Assembly (NCBI GenBank): GCA_049322955.1 | Contig: JBMOPU010000012.1 | Location: forward strand, 311,032-375,031 | DNA length: 64,000 nucleotides | Source: Patescibacteria group bacterium | GTDB taxonomy: Bacteria; Patescibacteriota; Microgenomatia; UBA10105; UBA927 | Direction: 5' to 3' | Part shown: in pieces, positions 13,512 to 22,752 of the stretch | How positions within the stretch are numbered: the stretch's first letter is position 1 | How the letters are laid out: each line of letters starts with the position of its first letter | The notes under the pieces: generated by a model | Seen by the model: the letters and a program-made list of their open reading frames with translations, nothing else | Told to the model about the DNA's origin: nothing | The model's database searches: none | Program-made: the position numbers and the translations under genes

Positions 13512-14474
13512 ATGAAACAAAAACAACTTCTTTCCATTACTGATCTTTCCCGCCGGGATATCCTGGATATCTTGGCGATTGCCGCAAAGCTGAAGCGACA
13601 GCTCAAGAAAACCGGCAAAAATCGTCCGGTGCTGAAAGGAAAAACACTGATACACATTTATGAGAAGCCGAGTCTACGGACGCACGCATCATTTGATATC
13701 GGTATGTTTCAGCTCGGAGGGCATGCCCTGTATTTGGGACCCGAGCATATCGGATTAGGCGTGCGCGAGCCTGTGGAACATGCCGCAAATGTCTTGTCCC
13801 GTATGGGCAACGTTATTATGGCGCGGGTCTATCGTCATGAGACCGTGACGGAACTTGCCGAGCATTCGCTCGTTCCCGTCATCAACGGACTTTCCGACCG
13901 TGAGCACCCGTGCCAGATCCTTGCTGATCTTATGACCATGGTCGAACACAAGAAACGCCTGACCGGTCTTCGTGTCGCATTTATAGGGGACGGGGAAAAC
14001 AACGTCACCCATTCGCTTGCTCTTGCCTGCGGCTTATTAGGGATGCATTTCGTTGCCGCCAGTCCTAAAGGATACAAAATGAACAAAACCATATCAGAAA
14101 TGGCAAAAAAACTGGCCGCAACGTATGGGGGGTCAGTTACCGAAGTGGTCGATCCCGTTGCCGCGGTGAAAGATGCCGACGTCGTCTATACCGATACCTG
14201 GATTTCCATGGGAGACGAAAAACAGAAAAAAACCCGGCTTTCCGCATTTGCCAAATATCAGGTCAACGATCGCCTGATGCATAAAGCCAAGCCTGATGCG
14301 ATTTTTATGCACGATATGCCCGCTTATCTTGAAAATGAGGTAACGCCATCGGTATTTAACGGCGTGCAATCCGTGGTATATGATCAAGCGGAGAATCGAT
14401 TGCATGCACAAAAAGGGCTCCTGGTGTTTTTGCTCAGGGGAAAATCGGGAAAGAAGGAAAAGAAGAAGGGATGA
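13512..14474 (+). CDS. Ornithine-carbamoyltransferase-like paralog with degenerate carbamoyl-phosphate motifs
   Basis: Collinear with ArgI/ArgF: HPCQ and the ornithine loop DTWISMGDE are conserved, but STRTR is SLRTH and HCLP is HDMP. Confidence 0.8.
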   Translation: MKQKQLLSITDLSRRDILDILAIAAKLKRQLKKTGKNRPVLKGKTLIHIYEKPSLRTHASFDIGMFQLGGHALYLGPEHIGLGVREPVEHAANVLSRMGNVIMARVYRHETVTELAEHSLVPVINGLSDREHPCQILADLMTMVEHKKRLTGLRVAFIGDGENNVTHSLALACGLLGMHFVAASPKGYKMNKTISEMAKKLAATYGGSVTEVVDPVAAVKDADVVYTDTWISMGDEKQKKTRLSAFAKYQVNDRLMHKAKPDAIFMHDMPAYLENEVTPSVFNGVQSVVYDQAENRLHAQKGLLVFLLRGKSGKKEKKKG

Positions 14475-14533
14475 CGGTGTGTATATGGTTTGCCGAAAAT
14501 CTCGCCAAAGGGGGGCGTGATAGAATATATTCT

Positions 14534-16384
14534 ATGAAACTTGCACTGGAACAATTATTTACCAAGGTACTTGCCACTATGGACGTTGTCGATGTCCCTC
14601 CCGCGGTTATGGCAACCGAAGACGCAACGCTCGGCGACTACACCACCAATGTTGCCCTGCGACTTGCAAAACCGCTGAAAAAATCTCCGAAAGACGTTGC
14701 ACTACAGGTTAAAAACATTCTTGATTCGGCAATTAAAGCGGTTAGGCACGATGATGGTGATCATAATATGTCAGATAGCAATCAAAATAGTGCATGGATA
14801 CCGGAGATGAAAAGCGTGCTACAGGATATTGATAGGATAGAGGTGGCGGGTCCGGGCTTTCTCAACCTCTTTGTGACCGAAGCAAGCCTAAGCACTTCAG
14901 TAAATCGAGTGCTAAAAGATGGGGAGCGCTATGGAACAAGCTCCGCAGGTACTCACCCTCAGGCGGGCAGGCAACAACCTATCGTGTTGAAGCTGGACGG
15001 TATCGCAAACCCCGGTCCGAAGCGGGTCATGGTAGAGTTTGCGCATCCCAATACGCACAAAGCCTTCCACATCGGTCATTTGCGCAATATAACGACCGGA
15101 GAGAGTCTGGTGCGACTCCTTGAAGCTACCGGGCACGAAGTGGTGCGCGCCAATTATCAAGGTGATGTGGGGATGCATATTGCCAAATGCCTTTGGGCGA
15201 TGACGCACTTAGCCGATTGCAATCCGGACTCCGTGCGCGGCAAGGAAATTCATGTCCGGGTTGAGTTTTTGGGGAAGGCATATGCCGCGGGAAGTACCCG
15301 CTATGAAACGGATGAAACGGTAAAAAAAGAAACGGGCGACATCAACAAGCAAATTTATGCCAAGGATCCGGTTATCTACCCTCTCTATCAGGAAACACGG
15401 TCATGGAGCCTTGAATATTTTGACGGGATATATAAGCGGGTCGGCACACACTATGATCGGTTCTACTTTGAGAGTGAGTTTTACGAGAAAGGGAAAGCAT
15501 TTGTGGCAGACGGGGTAAAAAAGGGGATTTTTGTCGAAAGTGACGGGGCAATCATTTTCCCGGGAGAAAAATACGGCCTGCATAATCGGGTATTTATCAC
15601 CAAAGAAGGGAACGCCACGTACGAAGGGAAGGAAATCGGGTTGGGGAGGGCACAGTTTGATGAATATCAGCCCGACCTTGTCATGCATGTGGTGGGTCCT
15701 GAACAGGCAGGATATTTCCAGGTGTTATTTGCGGCACTTGCCCGTATGTTCCCCGATACCGAAGGAAAGGAATATCATAAAAAATACGGTTGGGTGAAAT
15801 TAAAGCACGGCAAAATGAGTAGCCGCACCGGGCAGGTGGTACTGGGGGAATGGTTACTTGATGAGGCAAAGAAATCAATCTATGAGATACTAAAACAAAA
15901 TAAATCAAAATATACCAAAGAAGAACAGGATGACATTGCCGAAAAAGGGGCGATTGCCGCGGTGAAATATGCGTTTCTGCGCGTGGGCACCGATCAGGAA
16001 ATTGCGTTTGATCTCAAGGAATCCGTCGCGTTTGACGGAGACTCCGGTCCGTATCTTCTGTATTCATATGCCCGCTGTAACAGTGTGTTGAAAAAAGCGG
16101 GAAGTAACGGCAGTATTGCCGCGGACACGGTGTTCAACACTGAGGAACGCGCTCTTGCGCGATTTTTGAGCTTTTTTCCCGATCTGGTCTCCGATGCCGC
16201 CGCGAACCTATCACCCAATATACTGTGCACCTATTTATATAGGCTGACCTCGTTGTTTAATGTGTTCTACCAGAAGCATCCGATAGCCGAAACACCGCAT
16301 CGCTTAGCACTTACGGCGGCGTGTGCCCAAGTGGTACATAACGGATTATCCCTTTTGGGTATTTCGACGGTAGAGAGGATGTAA
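14534..16384 (+). CDS. argS: Arginyl-tRNA synthetase
   Basis: Class I HIGH motif (HIGHLRNITTGE), KMSSRTG, and C-terminal DALR anticodon-binding region. The MKLALEQLF start at 14534 is in frame with track ORF 14471..16384; ATG 14471 overlaps the upstream stop (ATGA). Confidence 0.9.
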   Translation: MKLALEQLFTKVLATMDVVDVPPAVMATEDATLGDYTTNVALRLAKPLKKSPKDVALQVKNILDSAIKAVRHDDGDHNMSDSNQNSAWIPEMKSVLQDIDRIEVAGPGFLNLFVTEASLSTSVNRVLKDGERYGTSSAGTHPQAGRQQPIVLKLDGIANPGPKRVMVEFAHPNTHKAFHIGHLRNITTGESLVRLLEATGHEVVRANYQGDVGMHIAKCLWAMTHLADCNPDSVRGKEIHVRVEFLGKAYAAGSTRYETDETVKKETGDINKQIYAKDPVIYPLYQETRSWSLEYFDGIYKRVGTHYDRFYFESEFYEKGKAFVADGVKKGIFVESDGAIIFPGEKYGLHNRVFITKEGNATYEGKEIGLGRAQFDEYQPDLVMHVVGPEQAGYFQVLFAALARMFPDTEGKEYHKKYGWVKLKHGKMSSRTGQVVLGEWLLDEAKKSIYEILKQNKSKYTKEEQDDIAEKGAIAAVKYAFLRVGTDQEIAFDLKESVAFDGDSGPYLLYSYARCNSVLKKAGSNGSIAADTVFNTEERALARFLSFFPDLVSDAAANLSPNILCTYLYRLTSLFNVFYQKHPIAETPHRLALTAACAQVVHNGLSLLGISTVERM

Positions 16385-16389
16385 GCACA

Positions 16390-16716
16390 TTATTGCTTCG
16401 CAGGAACGGCAACCGTTATACCAAACTGGTCGGCGAGCCCCGTAGAAAGAATTTTTCCCCGTACGGTTTCATGCATGCCTGCAAATTGCACTTCGGTAAA
16501 TCCTGCGGCCAAGGCTTCTGATCTTGCATGGAGGAGAGCAGACAATCCCGTATTGTTTATCGTTTCGTAACGGCTGATATCAATCGTGAGAGTTTCGCGC
16601 CTCTCCATCGGGGTTTCCTTGATAAGACGACGGAGTTTATCGTTTAGCGTACGGCGTAAGACATCTACATTCGCATTCGTGATACTGCGATGCCGTAACT
16701 CGGGGATGATCATCAC
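16390..16716 (-). CDS. STAS-domain protein (anti-sigma-factor antagonist-like)
   Basis: LTIDISRYETINNTGLSALLHARSEALAAGFTEVQFAGMHETV resembles the SpoIIAA/STAS fold; convergent with argS. Confidence 0.55.
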   Translation of the reverse strand: MMIIPELRHRSITNANVDVLRRTLNDKLRRLIKETPMERRETLTIDISRYETINNTGLSALLHARSEALAAGFTEVQFAGMHETVRGKILSTGLADQFGITVAVPAKQ

Positions 16717-16811
16717 GGGCTATTATAGGGCGCAAGGCCGATATGTCAACTCAGTCATACATATCGCCGATGCATTGCAGGAGCATATACGGAGGTATAT
16801 TGTGAGGCTGA

Positions 16812-17300
16812 ATGTCGAATACTCACCTCCCGTTGCCATGTCAGCGTTTGCAACAGATTGATGCTTCCGTGTGTAATCGTAAGGAAGGATGCGGTTTTCC
16901 CTTGGGTCAGACCGGTTGTTTTACGCGTTTGTTGGCGGAGCACCGGGGGGCTCTCGGAAGATTGCTCCCGACGGGATACCGGGCTTGGGATGAAGGAAGT
17001 AACGGAAAAAAGCGCGTTTTGATCGCATCCCCCTTATTCCACGAGCCGCTCCCTGATTGTGCGGAAGCGGATGATTTATCGTTGGCTATCGCCGGTACAA
17101 AAGCGGTAAATAATGCCGCCCGTTCAATTAGAACGCTCTTGCATACTCATGGATCAAACGGAAGAAACGGCGGCGGTGCAGAAGACGTGGAAGGCGATGA
17201 GGATAGGCCGGAACGGGCGAGAACGTTTTATGGCGTATCGGTAATGGAAGTCGAAGATGATGCGCGTCGCAAGGTTGGGAAGGAAATGCTCGGGGAATAA
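16812..17300 (+). CDS. Hypothetical protein
   Basis: 162-aa ORF with no recognisable domain; followed by a candidate terminator. Confidence 0.3.
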   Translation: MSNTHLPLPCQRLQQIDASVCNRKEGCGFPLGQTGCFTRLLAEHRGALGRLLPTGYRAWDEGSNGKKRVLIASPLFHEPLPDCAEADDLSLAIAGTKAVNNAARSIRTLLHTHGSNGRNGGGAEDVEGDEDRPERARTFYGVSVMEVEDDARRKVGKEMLGE

Positions 17301-17399
17301 AATCTTACCAGCTGGCTATGTGCTATCCCGACGACCCCTGTTTTGGAGATAACCGCACTTTTCACACAAGCCTCCTATTTTGTTTTGGGATTACACAGT

Positions 17400-17435
17400 A
17401 CCACGGAAAAAAATCCCGTGGTTTGTACGATTCTT
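17400..17435 (+). terminator. Candidate intrinsic terminator
   Basis: accacgg-aaaaaaatc-ccgtggt hairpin followed by ttgtacgattctt. Confidence 0.3.
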
Positions 17436-17475
17436 CACAAAAAAATAATGATAATTATGGTATTTTTATACGCCT

Positions 17476-17946
17476 ATGGCATGGACCGACAAAGAAGAGA
17501 AATCCTGGTTTGAGCAATGGTGGCGGTATCATCATCCGCAGTCACAGGAACTGGATGCCGTGCATGAGCGTAAGGCGCGGTTTCGCGGTTTTTGGGGCAA
17601 TGCTTCCCGTTTGTTTCCCCGTCACACCCCCCGGCCGGGGTCCCGATGGCTCAGTGCCCGTCAGGCCGAAGCGGTAGAGTCGTGGTTTGAAGAGCACGAC
17701 ATCCTGACGCATTGTCCCGTTCCGGGGAGAAAAGGATTAACTCCTGCAGTCGGCACTACTGAGGTAACGGTGGCGGAAGGCAACGGGGAACCTGTGGTGT
17801 TTTCTGCCCAGCAAGCCGATAAGATAACTGCCGAAGCGGTGCTTTCATTCGGGAAGAAAATGCGCAGTATGATCGGTACAACCAATTTTCGCAGGCTTCA
17901 ACAGGGGAGCGTCCGTCAACGTGAAGAGGATGAAGTGGGATTTTGA
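17476..17946 (+). CDS. Hypothetical protein
   Basis: 156-aa ORF, Trp-rich N-terminus, no recognisable domain. Confidence 0.35.
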   Translation: MAWTDKEEKSWFEQWWRYHHPQSQELDAVHERKARFRGFWGNASRLFPRHTPRPGSRWLSARQAEAVESWFEEHDILTHCPVPGRKGLTPAVGTTEVTVAEGNGEPVVFSAQQADKITAEAVLSFGKKMRSMIGTTNFRRLQQGSVRQREEDEVGF

Positions 17947-18483
17947 TGCCATACCGCTCTTTCAGTTGCCCCACAAAGCCGTTGGTGTATTGAAGTCGTG
18001 GAAAATATTGCCCTCACATCCCGCACGGAGCCTGGTCTAACTGTTCGGGCTTCGCATGTCCGTCTTTTCCGATGAGGTGACAAAAGTTGTTGTTGCCGTC
18101 TCCTGAGGTTGCGTCGATGTGGAAAAGGTGACTGCACCAGTGTGATCCACCCTCAGGGGGAGGATTACACCGGGCTTTTCCATTAGCAAGGCAGAGCTTT
18201 ATAGTCCTTCGGGGATCCATTCCGATGGGATGGTCTATAGTCACGGTAATCGGCTGAGTTTCTCCGGCCATGTGATTATTATAGGATATATTGCCGTCAA
18301 ATGCAAGAGAAAATGTCCGCAGAAGAGGTGAGAGGGAGGGAAGCAGTCGTGGTGTTGAGCTCGGCGAAATATTTCGGCACAACCATTCAGTTGCGTGCTC
18401 ATACAGGGAAGGGTTAGTCCGTTAGGGACGATTATCGGTTTAGAAAATGCCTTTCCCTGTCCTGAAAAAAGAAAAAGATGCCG

Positions 18484-19728
18484 TTACCACCCCATGATTT
18501 GACCGATAAGCCCCAGTGATGAGGCAATGACGATAACTACCGCGCTTCCTGCAAGTAACCAATTCTGTGCCTTGTTATTGACGTGCGTGCCCATAATCGC
18601 TTCGTTGTTGGCAAACTGGTAGAGAAAAAAGAAAATGACCGGAAGGATTGATCCGTTGATGAAGTTGGCCGCAAGGGTAATCGTGAAGAGTGAAACATTC
18701 GGCAGAAGTGCTATGACGGTGCCGATGAGCAGTTGAATCAGGAGCGTTGTATAAAACAATTTGCTTTTTCTCAATGTTTCGTCCAGTGATCCCGAATAGC
18801 CGAAAAATTCTGAGAAGGCGTAGGCGGTAGTAAGTGCGACGATGACGCATCCGAGCATTCCCGCAAACAAAAGGCCCGCGCCGAACAGAATACCCGCAAA
18901 ATCCCCGGCAAACGGGCGGATTGCCATTGCGGCCCCCGCCGCATCGGTAATCTGGATACGATGGGTGAATATCGTTGCCGCAACGGCAACCATAATGAAG
19001 AACGACAAGAGGTCGGTGATGATCGCGCCGACATATACTTCCAGTCGGCTGTATTTAAGTTGCTCGACGGTCAGACGCTTATCTTTCATGTATGAGTTGA
19101 TGAAAAACTGTCCCCACGCGGTGATCGTCGTTCCGATGACCGCAATACCGGTATAGAGAAGTTTCGGGGACAATTCGCCCGACGGGATAGCAAGCGATTG
19201 CACGGCAAGGGGCCAATCCGGTTTCGCCATAAATGCCGAGGCAACATAGGTACCGTAAAAAGCGATAAGCACAAAGAAGAACCGTTCGACGATGCTATAT
19301 GAAGCAAGCGCGACGAACAGAAATAACCCGACGATAATCGCCGGCAGAAATGCGTACGGATTCAGTCCGAAGAGAATAAGTGCCGATTTGAGACCCGCCA
19401 CATTCATCACAACAACGGCGAGATTGACGAAAAATAATAAGCCATACATAAGCAATGCGACCCGTACGCCGTACCGTTCCCGGATAAGGTCGGCAAGACC
19501 TTTCTCCGCGACGATGGCGATACGCGCGCCGATTTCCTGTGTTACCGCAAGAAGAATCGTCATCGGAACGAGGATAATGAAGATCTGGTACCCGAAGGTG
19601 GCCGCCGCCATCGTGTACGTCGACACACCCGCGGCATCATTATCGGCGACCGCGGTAATAATGCCCGGCCCGATGATGGTGAGGGCAAGCAGAATGCGGC
19701 GTTTCCAGTTGTCGAACCAGTAGTGCAT
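18484..19728 (-). CDS. NRAMP-family divalent metal (Mn2+/Fe2+) transporter
   Basis: About 11 TM segments; NRAMP-like N-terminal motif GPGIITAVADNDAAG; overall MntH-like architecture. Confidence 0.8.
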   Translation of the reverse strand: MHYWFDNWKRRILLALTIIGPGIITAVADNDAAGVSTYTMAAATFGYQIFIILVPMTILLAVTQEIGARIAIVAEKGLADLIRERYGVRVALLMYGLLFFVNLAVVVMNVAGLKSALILFGLNPYAFLPAIIVGLFLFVALASYSIVERFFFVLIAFYGTYVASAFMAKPDWPLAVQSLAIPSGELSPKLLYTGIAVIGTTITAWGQFFINSYMKDKRLTVEQLKYSRLEVYVGAIITDLLSFFIMVAVAATIFTHRIQITDAAGAAMAIRPFAGDFAGILFGAGLLFAGMLGCVIVALTTAYAFSEFFGYSGSLDETLRKSKLFYTTLLIQLLIGTVIALLPNVSLFTITLAANFINGSILPVIFFFLYQFANNEAIMGTHVNNKAQNWLLAGSAVVIVIASSLGLIGQIMGW

Positions 19729-19733
19729 AGGTA

Positions 19734-20978
19734 TTAGGTAAATCGTTCCTGCATACTTTCCACAAGATCGTCGATGGTTACTATTCCCAACAGCCCTCTC
19801 CGGTCATTGATGATCGGCAAGCTATAAATTTTATACTTGATCATTTTTTTCATGGCAATCTCCGGAGGAGTCGTGAGATATACGGCAACAACGTTGGGAA
19901 TCATGAATTTATACATCGGGGTTTCCCCATCTGCCATTAGCAACTCATGCAGATTACATACCCCCACGAGTTCTTTTTTCTTATTGATGACATATATGTA
20001 GGTAAGCGGGGTAGCCAGTGTCGTGTCGCGCTTCATGCGGCGCCGAACCGAGGCCGCGGTTTCTTCCGGTTCCGCGGTGAAAAATTCCGTGGTAGCCAAC
20101 GATCCGATATCCGTCGTCGAAAGGTTTAACAGGTAATCGATCCGCTCTTTAGCGTCCGGAGTAAGGAGCGGGGTAATCATTGCTCGCCGGCGTTCGGAAA
20201 GGGTTAAGAGAATATCGACGGCCTCATCGGGATCGACAAGCGACAGAATGCTCGCCGCGTGTTTTGGTTGGATACTCCGCAACAGTTCCCGTTGTCTGCT
20301 CACATTGAGGTTTTGAATCACTTCGGCTTCGTATTCGTTGGGCAACAGATCAAGAATTCGGCGGAGGTTTTTGACGGACAACCGTTCCAGATGGTCGGCC
20401 AAGTCTTCGGGGGCGAGTTTTGTAAGCTTGTCTTCTTCACGCTTGAGCTGAACTTTCCCCCGGGAAAGTTCAATCGGTTGGATATTTTCCCACGGGAGAA
20501 AATCACTCCGCAGACTTGTGCCGAAACGCGATACCTGGCGGTTCAGCCACTGCTCCAGTTTGAGCCAGCGGGCTATTCCCAGTATGCCGACGTCGACACC
20601 GGCTATCACAAAATACGGCTTGTCCTGGATCACGACATCGTTGACCCGCACGACTTTATTGCCCTTAATATCGATAATCTGCTGGTCAAGCAAATGAATG
20701 CGGACGGAAAGTTCGTTTTCCGCGACTCCCACCGTCTCGTATCCCGGAGAGAGCGCAATGGTGTCGTTAATGGATCGCATGCTCGATACGGGAACCAGGA
20801 TGTGACCTACCTTCGTATCGATCCGAAGCTTTGTGATGAGCGGTTGATCGGTGGCAAGAAAGGCAAAATCGGTTAATTTCCCGATGGTTTTGCCGTCGGC
20901 ACTTACCACTTTCTTGTTTGCCAGTTCCGCAAAATACAACATAGTTAGATTGTGATCCTTACGCTTGCGAGAAGTCAA
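19734..20978 (-). CDS. Cytoplasmic PRC-barrel + MgtE N-terminal + tandem CBS domain protein (no membrane domain)
   Basis: N-terminal PRC-barrel-like repeats (VVSADGKTIGKLTDFAF...; IIDIKGNKVVRVNDVVI), then an MgtE_N-like helical region and two CBS domains (LGIVTIDDLVE); no TM segments. Probable start is MLYFAEL at 20942 (SD AAGGA upstream). Confidence 0.7.
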   Translation of the reverse strand: MTSRKRKDHNLTMLYFAELANKKVVSADGKTIGKLTDFAFLATDQPLITKLRIDTKVGHILVPVSSMRSINDTIALSPGYETVGVAENELSVRIHLLDQQIIDIKGNKVVRVNDVVIQDKPYFVIAGVDVGILGIARWLKLEQWLNRQVSRFGTSLRSDFLPWENIQPIELSRGKVQLKREEDKLTKLAPEDLADHLERLSVKNLRRILDLLPNEYEAEVIQNLNVSRQRELLRSIQPKHAASILSLVDPDEAVDILLTLSERRRAMITPLLTPDAKERIDYLLNLSTTDIGSLATTEFFTAEPEETAASVRRRMKRDTTLATPLTYIYVINKKKELVGVCNLHELLMADGETPMYKFMIPNVVAVYLTTPPEIAMKKMIKYKIYSLPIINDRRGLLGIVTIDDLVESMQERFT

Positions 20979-20993
20979 TAATCGTGTTCGGGC

Positions 20994-22097
20994 TTATGCG
21001 GGGGATTCTTCTTTTTCACGAAGAAGCGAGAGTACTCTGGCATGGATTTCGGGAGTACGACTGACGACAAACGGTATGCGGAACGAATCTCCCTCATGTC
21101 GTTCAATCATTCTTCGTATTCCTGCGGCAATAGCAAGCGGATTGCCGTCTTTGTCGGATACGGAAAATCCTAATTGTTCCGCCGCCTGGATCCAAATTGC
21201 CACTTCATACCAGGGATTGCCTTTAAACGGGTCGACCACGGCATCAATCGTGCCTTCGGCAAGTCCCAAAATGCTGTAGCCGCTCGTGCAGTCCATTGCC
21301 CAAATGCCCTCGTGTTCGGTAAAAAGGGGTAACTGACGCATTTTGTGCATGCGCCGGGTCAGTGTCGCTATCCGGAGCGGTCGGGGGGTATCGTTTGTTT
21401 CGTGTTGGTGTTGTGCATCGGCTTTAAAAGTACGCACGGTCCCGTTGTCATTTTCGATCAGGATAAAACCGTGGTCCACGAGACTGGCGATACCGACCGC
21501 TTGCACGATGCCGTTCCGGTCATAGACGGCGATACCGGTGGTTTGCACGCGATCTTTTTTCTGTATCGAACTGGTCATATCCAAGGGATCAATCACGGCA
21601 AAGCGCTTTCCCTCTTGTACCTGTCCGTCTTCTTCCTTTGCATTCTGCCATTTGGCGCTTTCTTCAGAACGGATCCATAAGCCCGGGATATCTGTGTTTT
21701 GCTCCGCGAGTTGTTCGGCAATAATGGTGCCGATCTCATCGATGCTTCGTTCGGGATTATACTCTTGACCTCCTATAGGCAGAAGAAAATCAGCGCCGAT
21801 TTTCTGCAGATCATCCAAAACAGGGTGGAGGAGTCCTCTTGTGGCTAACAGGTACGTGGCGACGAACTTTCCTTCGGGGGTTTTTGCCATTTCCGCCGAT
21901 TCGGCCTCTAACTTGGCGATGGCGATAGCCTCGGGCACGCGGCGGATGATGCTTTCAAACGTCATCTGCTCCGGCTCGATCATCGGGTGCAATCGCTCGG
22001 CATGAGAGTGCATAAACGGATTATAGGCCTTAAATGGCCTATAATGCAAGTAGTATGATATGGTTTGAAATATTTGTGGCGCTTCGATCGGTATCAC
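20994..22097 (-). CDS. Inositol monophosphatase / FIG-family phosphatase
   Basis: Metal-binding motifs VIDPLDMTS (DPxD) and WAMDCTSGYSILGLAEG (WD-x-AG-like). Confidence 0.65.
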   Translation of the reverse strand: MIPIEAPQIFQTISYYLHYRPFKAYNPFMHSHAERLHPMIEPEQMTFESIIRRVPEAIAIAKLEAESAEMAKTPEGKFVATYLLATRGLLHPVLDDLQKIGADFLLPIGGQEYNPERSIDEIGTIIAEQLAEQNTDIPGLWIRSEESAKWQNAKEEDGQVQEGKRFAVIDPLDMTSSIQKKDRVQTTGIAVYDRNGIVQAVGIASLVDHGFILIENDNGTVRTFKADAQHQHETNDTPRPLRIATLTRRMHKMRQLPLFTEHEGIWAMDCTSGYSILGLAEGTIDAVVDPFKGNPWYEVAIWIQAAEQLGFSVSDKDGNPLAIAAGIRRMIERHEGDSFRIPFVVSRTPEIHARVLSLLREKEESPA

Positions 22098-22417
22098 GCC
22101 TCCGGGGAATCGATATCCGTATGGTGAACCTTGCCGCGGAGCGGTCGGGGATTTCCCTGGTGCCTGCGGGGTTCGCGGCTGTCACTTGTTGCTGAAGAGA
22201 GCAGGAGGGCTTCATCTGATACGGCAATAGTATGTCCGCGATCGGTTACCGTACAAAATCCGATATTCATTTGGGCGAGGTTACGTACCTGTTTCCAATG
22301 CACGCCGAACATTTTCGCTATGGCATCCGTGTCCAGCGTACAGCCTTGCTGGCTGGCAAGATACGCAAGTATTTGTTGGCTTTTTGACTGTTCCTTTTTC
22401 ATCGTTTGATATGCCAA
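22094..22417 (-). CDS. Small winged-helix-like protein
   Basis: QQILAYLASQQGCTLDTDAIAKMFGVHWKQVRNLAQMNIGF resembles a wHTH; 4-nt overlap with the IMPase gene. Confidence 0.4.
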   Translation of the reverse strand: MAYQTMKKEQSKSQQILAYLASQQGCTLDTDAIAKMFGVHWKQVRNLAQMNIGFCTVTDRGHTIAVSDEALLLSSATSDSREPRRHQGNPRPLRGKVHHTDIDSPEA

Positions 22418-22719
22418 TTCCAGCGCTTTACGCCGTTTGACACACCTCTTCCGTCGCCGTTGTCCTTATCGGGTTTTACCCGGTGGGTATTGCTGATAAG
22501 TAGCGCATCGGGAACGACTTTTATTCTTCCGTTTTCAATATGTACCTGTCCGGTTTGTTCCTTGAGCATTTTTTCGAGCGTGAGCCGGTGTAATCCGGTC
22601 ATTTCACCCGCGGATTGGTAAAAAATCTCCAGATCCAACCCTTCCTGATCGCCTGCGTAATTTTGGAGAAGCGATAATACCAATCGCTTCATATATTTTG
22701 GTCCCGTTTCTTTGCTCAT
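22399..22719 (-). CDS. Small winged-helix-like protein (paralog-like neighbour)
   Basis: Start taken at MSKETGPKY (22719) with TATAAT about 12 nt upstream; LVLSLLQNYAGDQEGLDLEIFYQSAGEMTGLHRLTLEKML...NGRIKVV is wHTH-like. Confidence 0.45.
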   Translation of the reverse strand: MSKETGPKYMKRLVLSLLQNYAGDQEGLDLEIFYQSAGEMTGLHRLTLEKMLKEQTGQVHIENGRIKVVPDALLISNTHRVKPDKDNGDGRGVSNGVKRWNWHIKR

Positions 22720-22752
22720 AGATGAGAAAAGTATTATACTACAGGACGTATT

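Noticed and set aside
20259-20876. Plus-strand 205-aa ORF
   Set aside because: Antisense shadow inside the well-supported PRC/MgtE_N/CBS gene.
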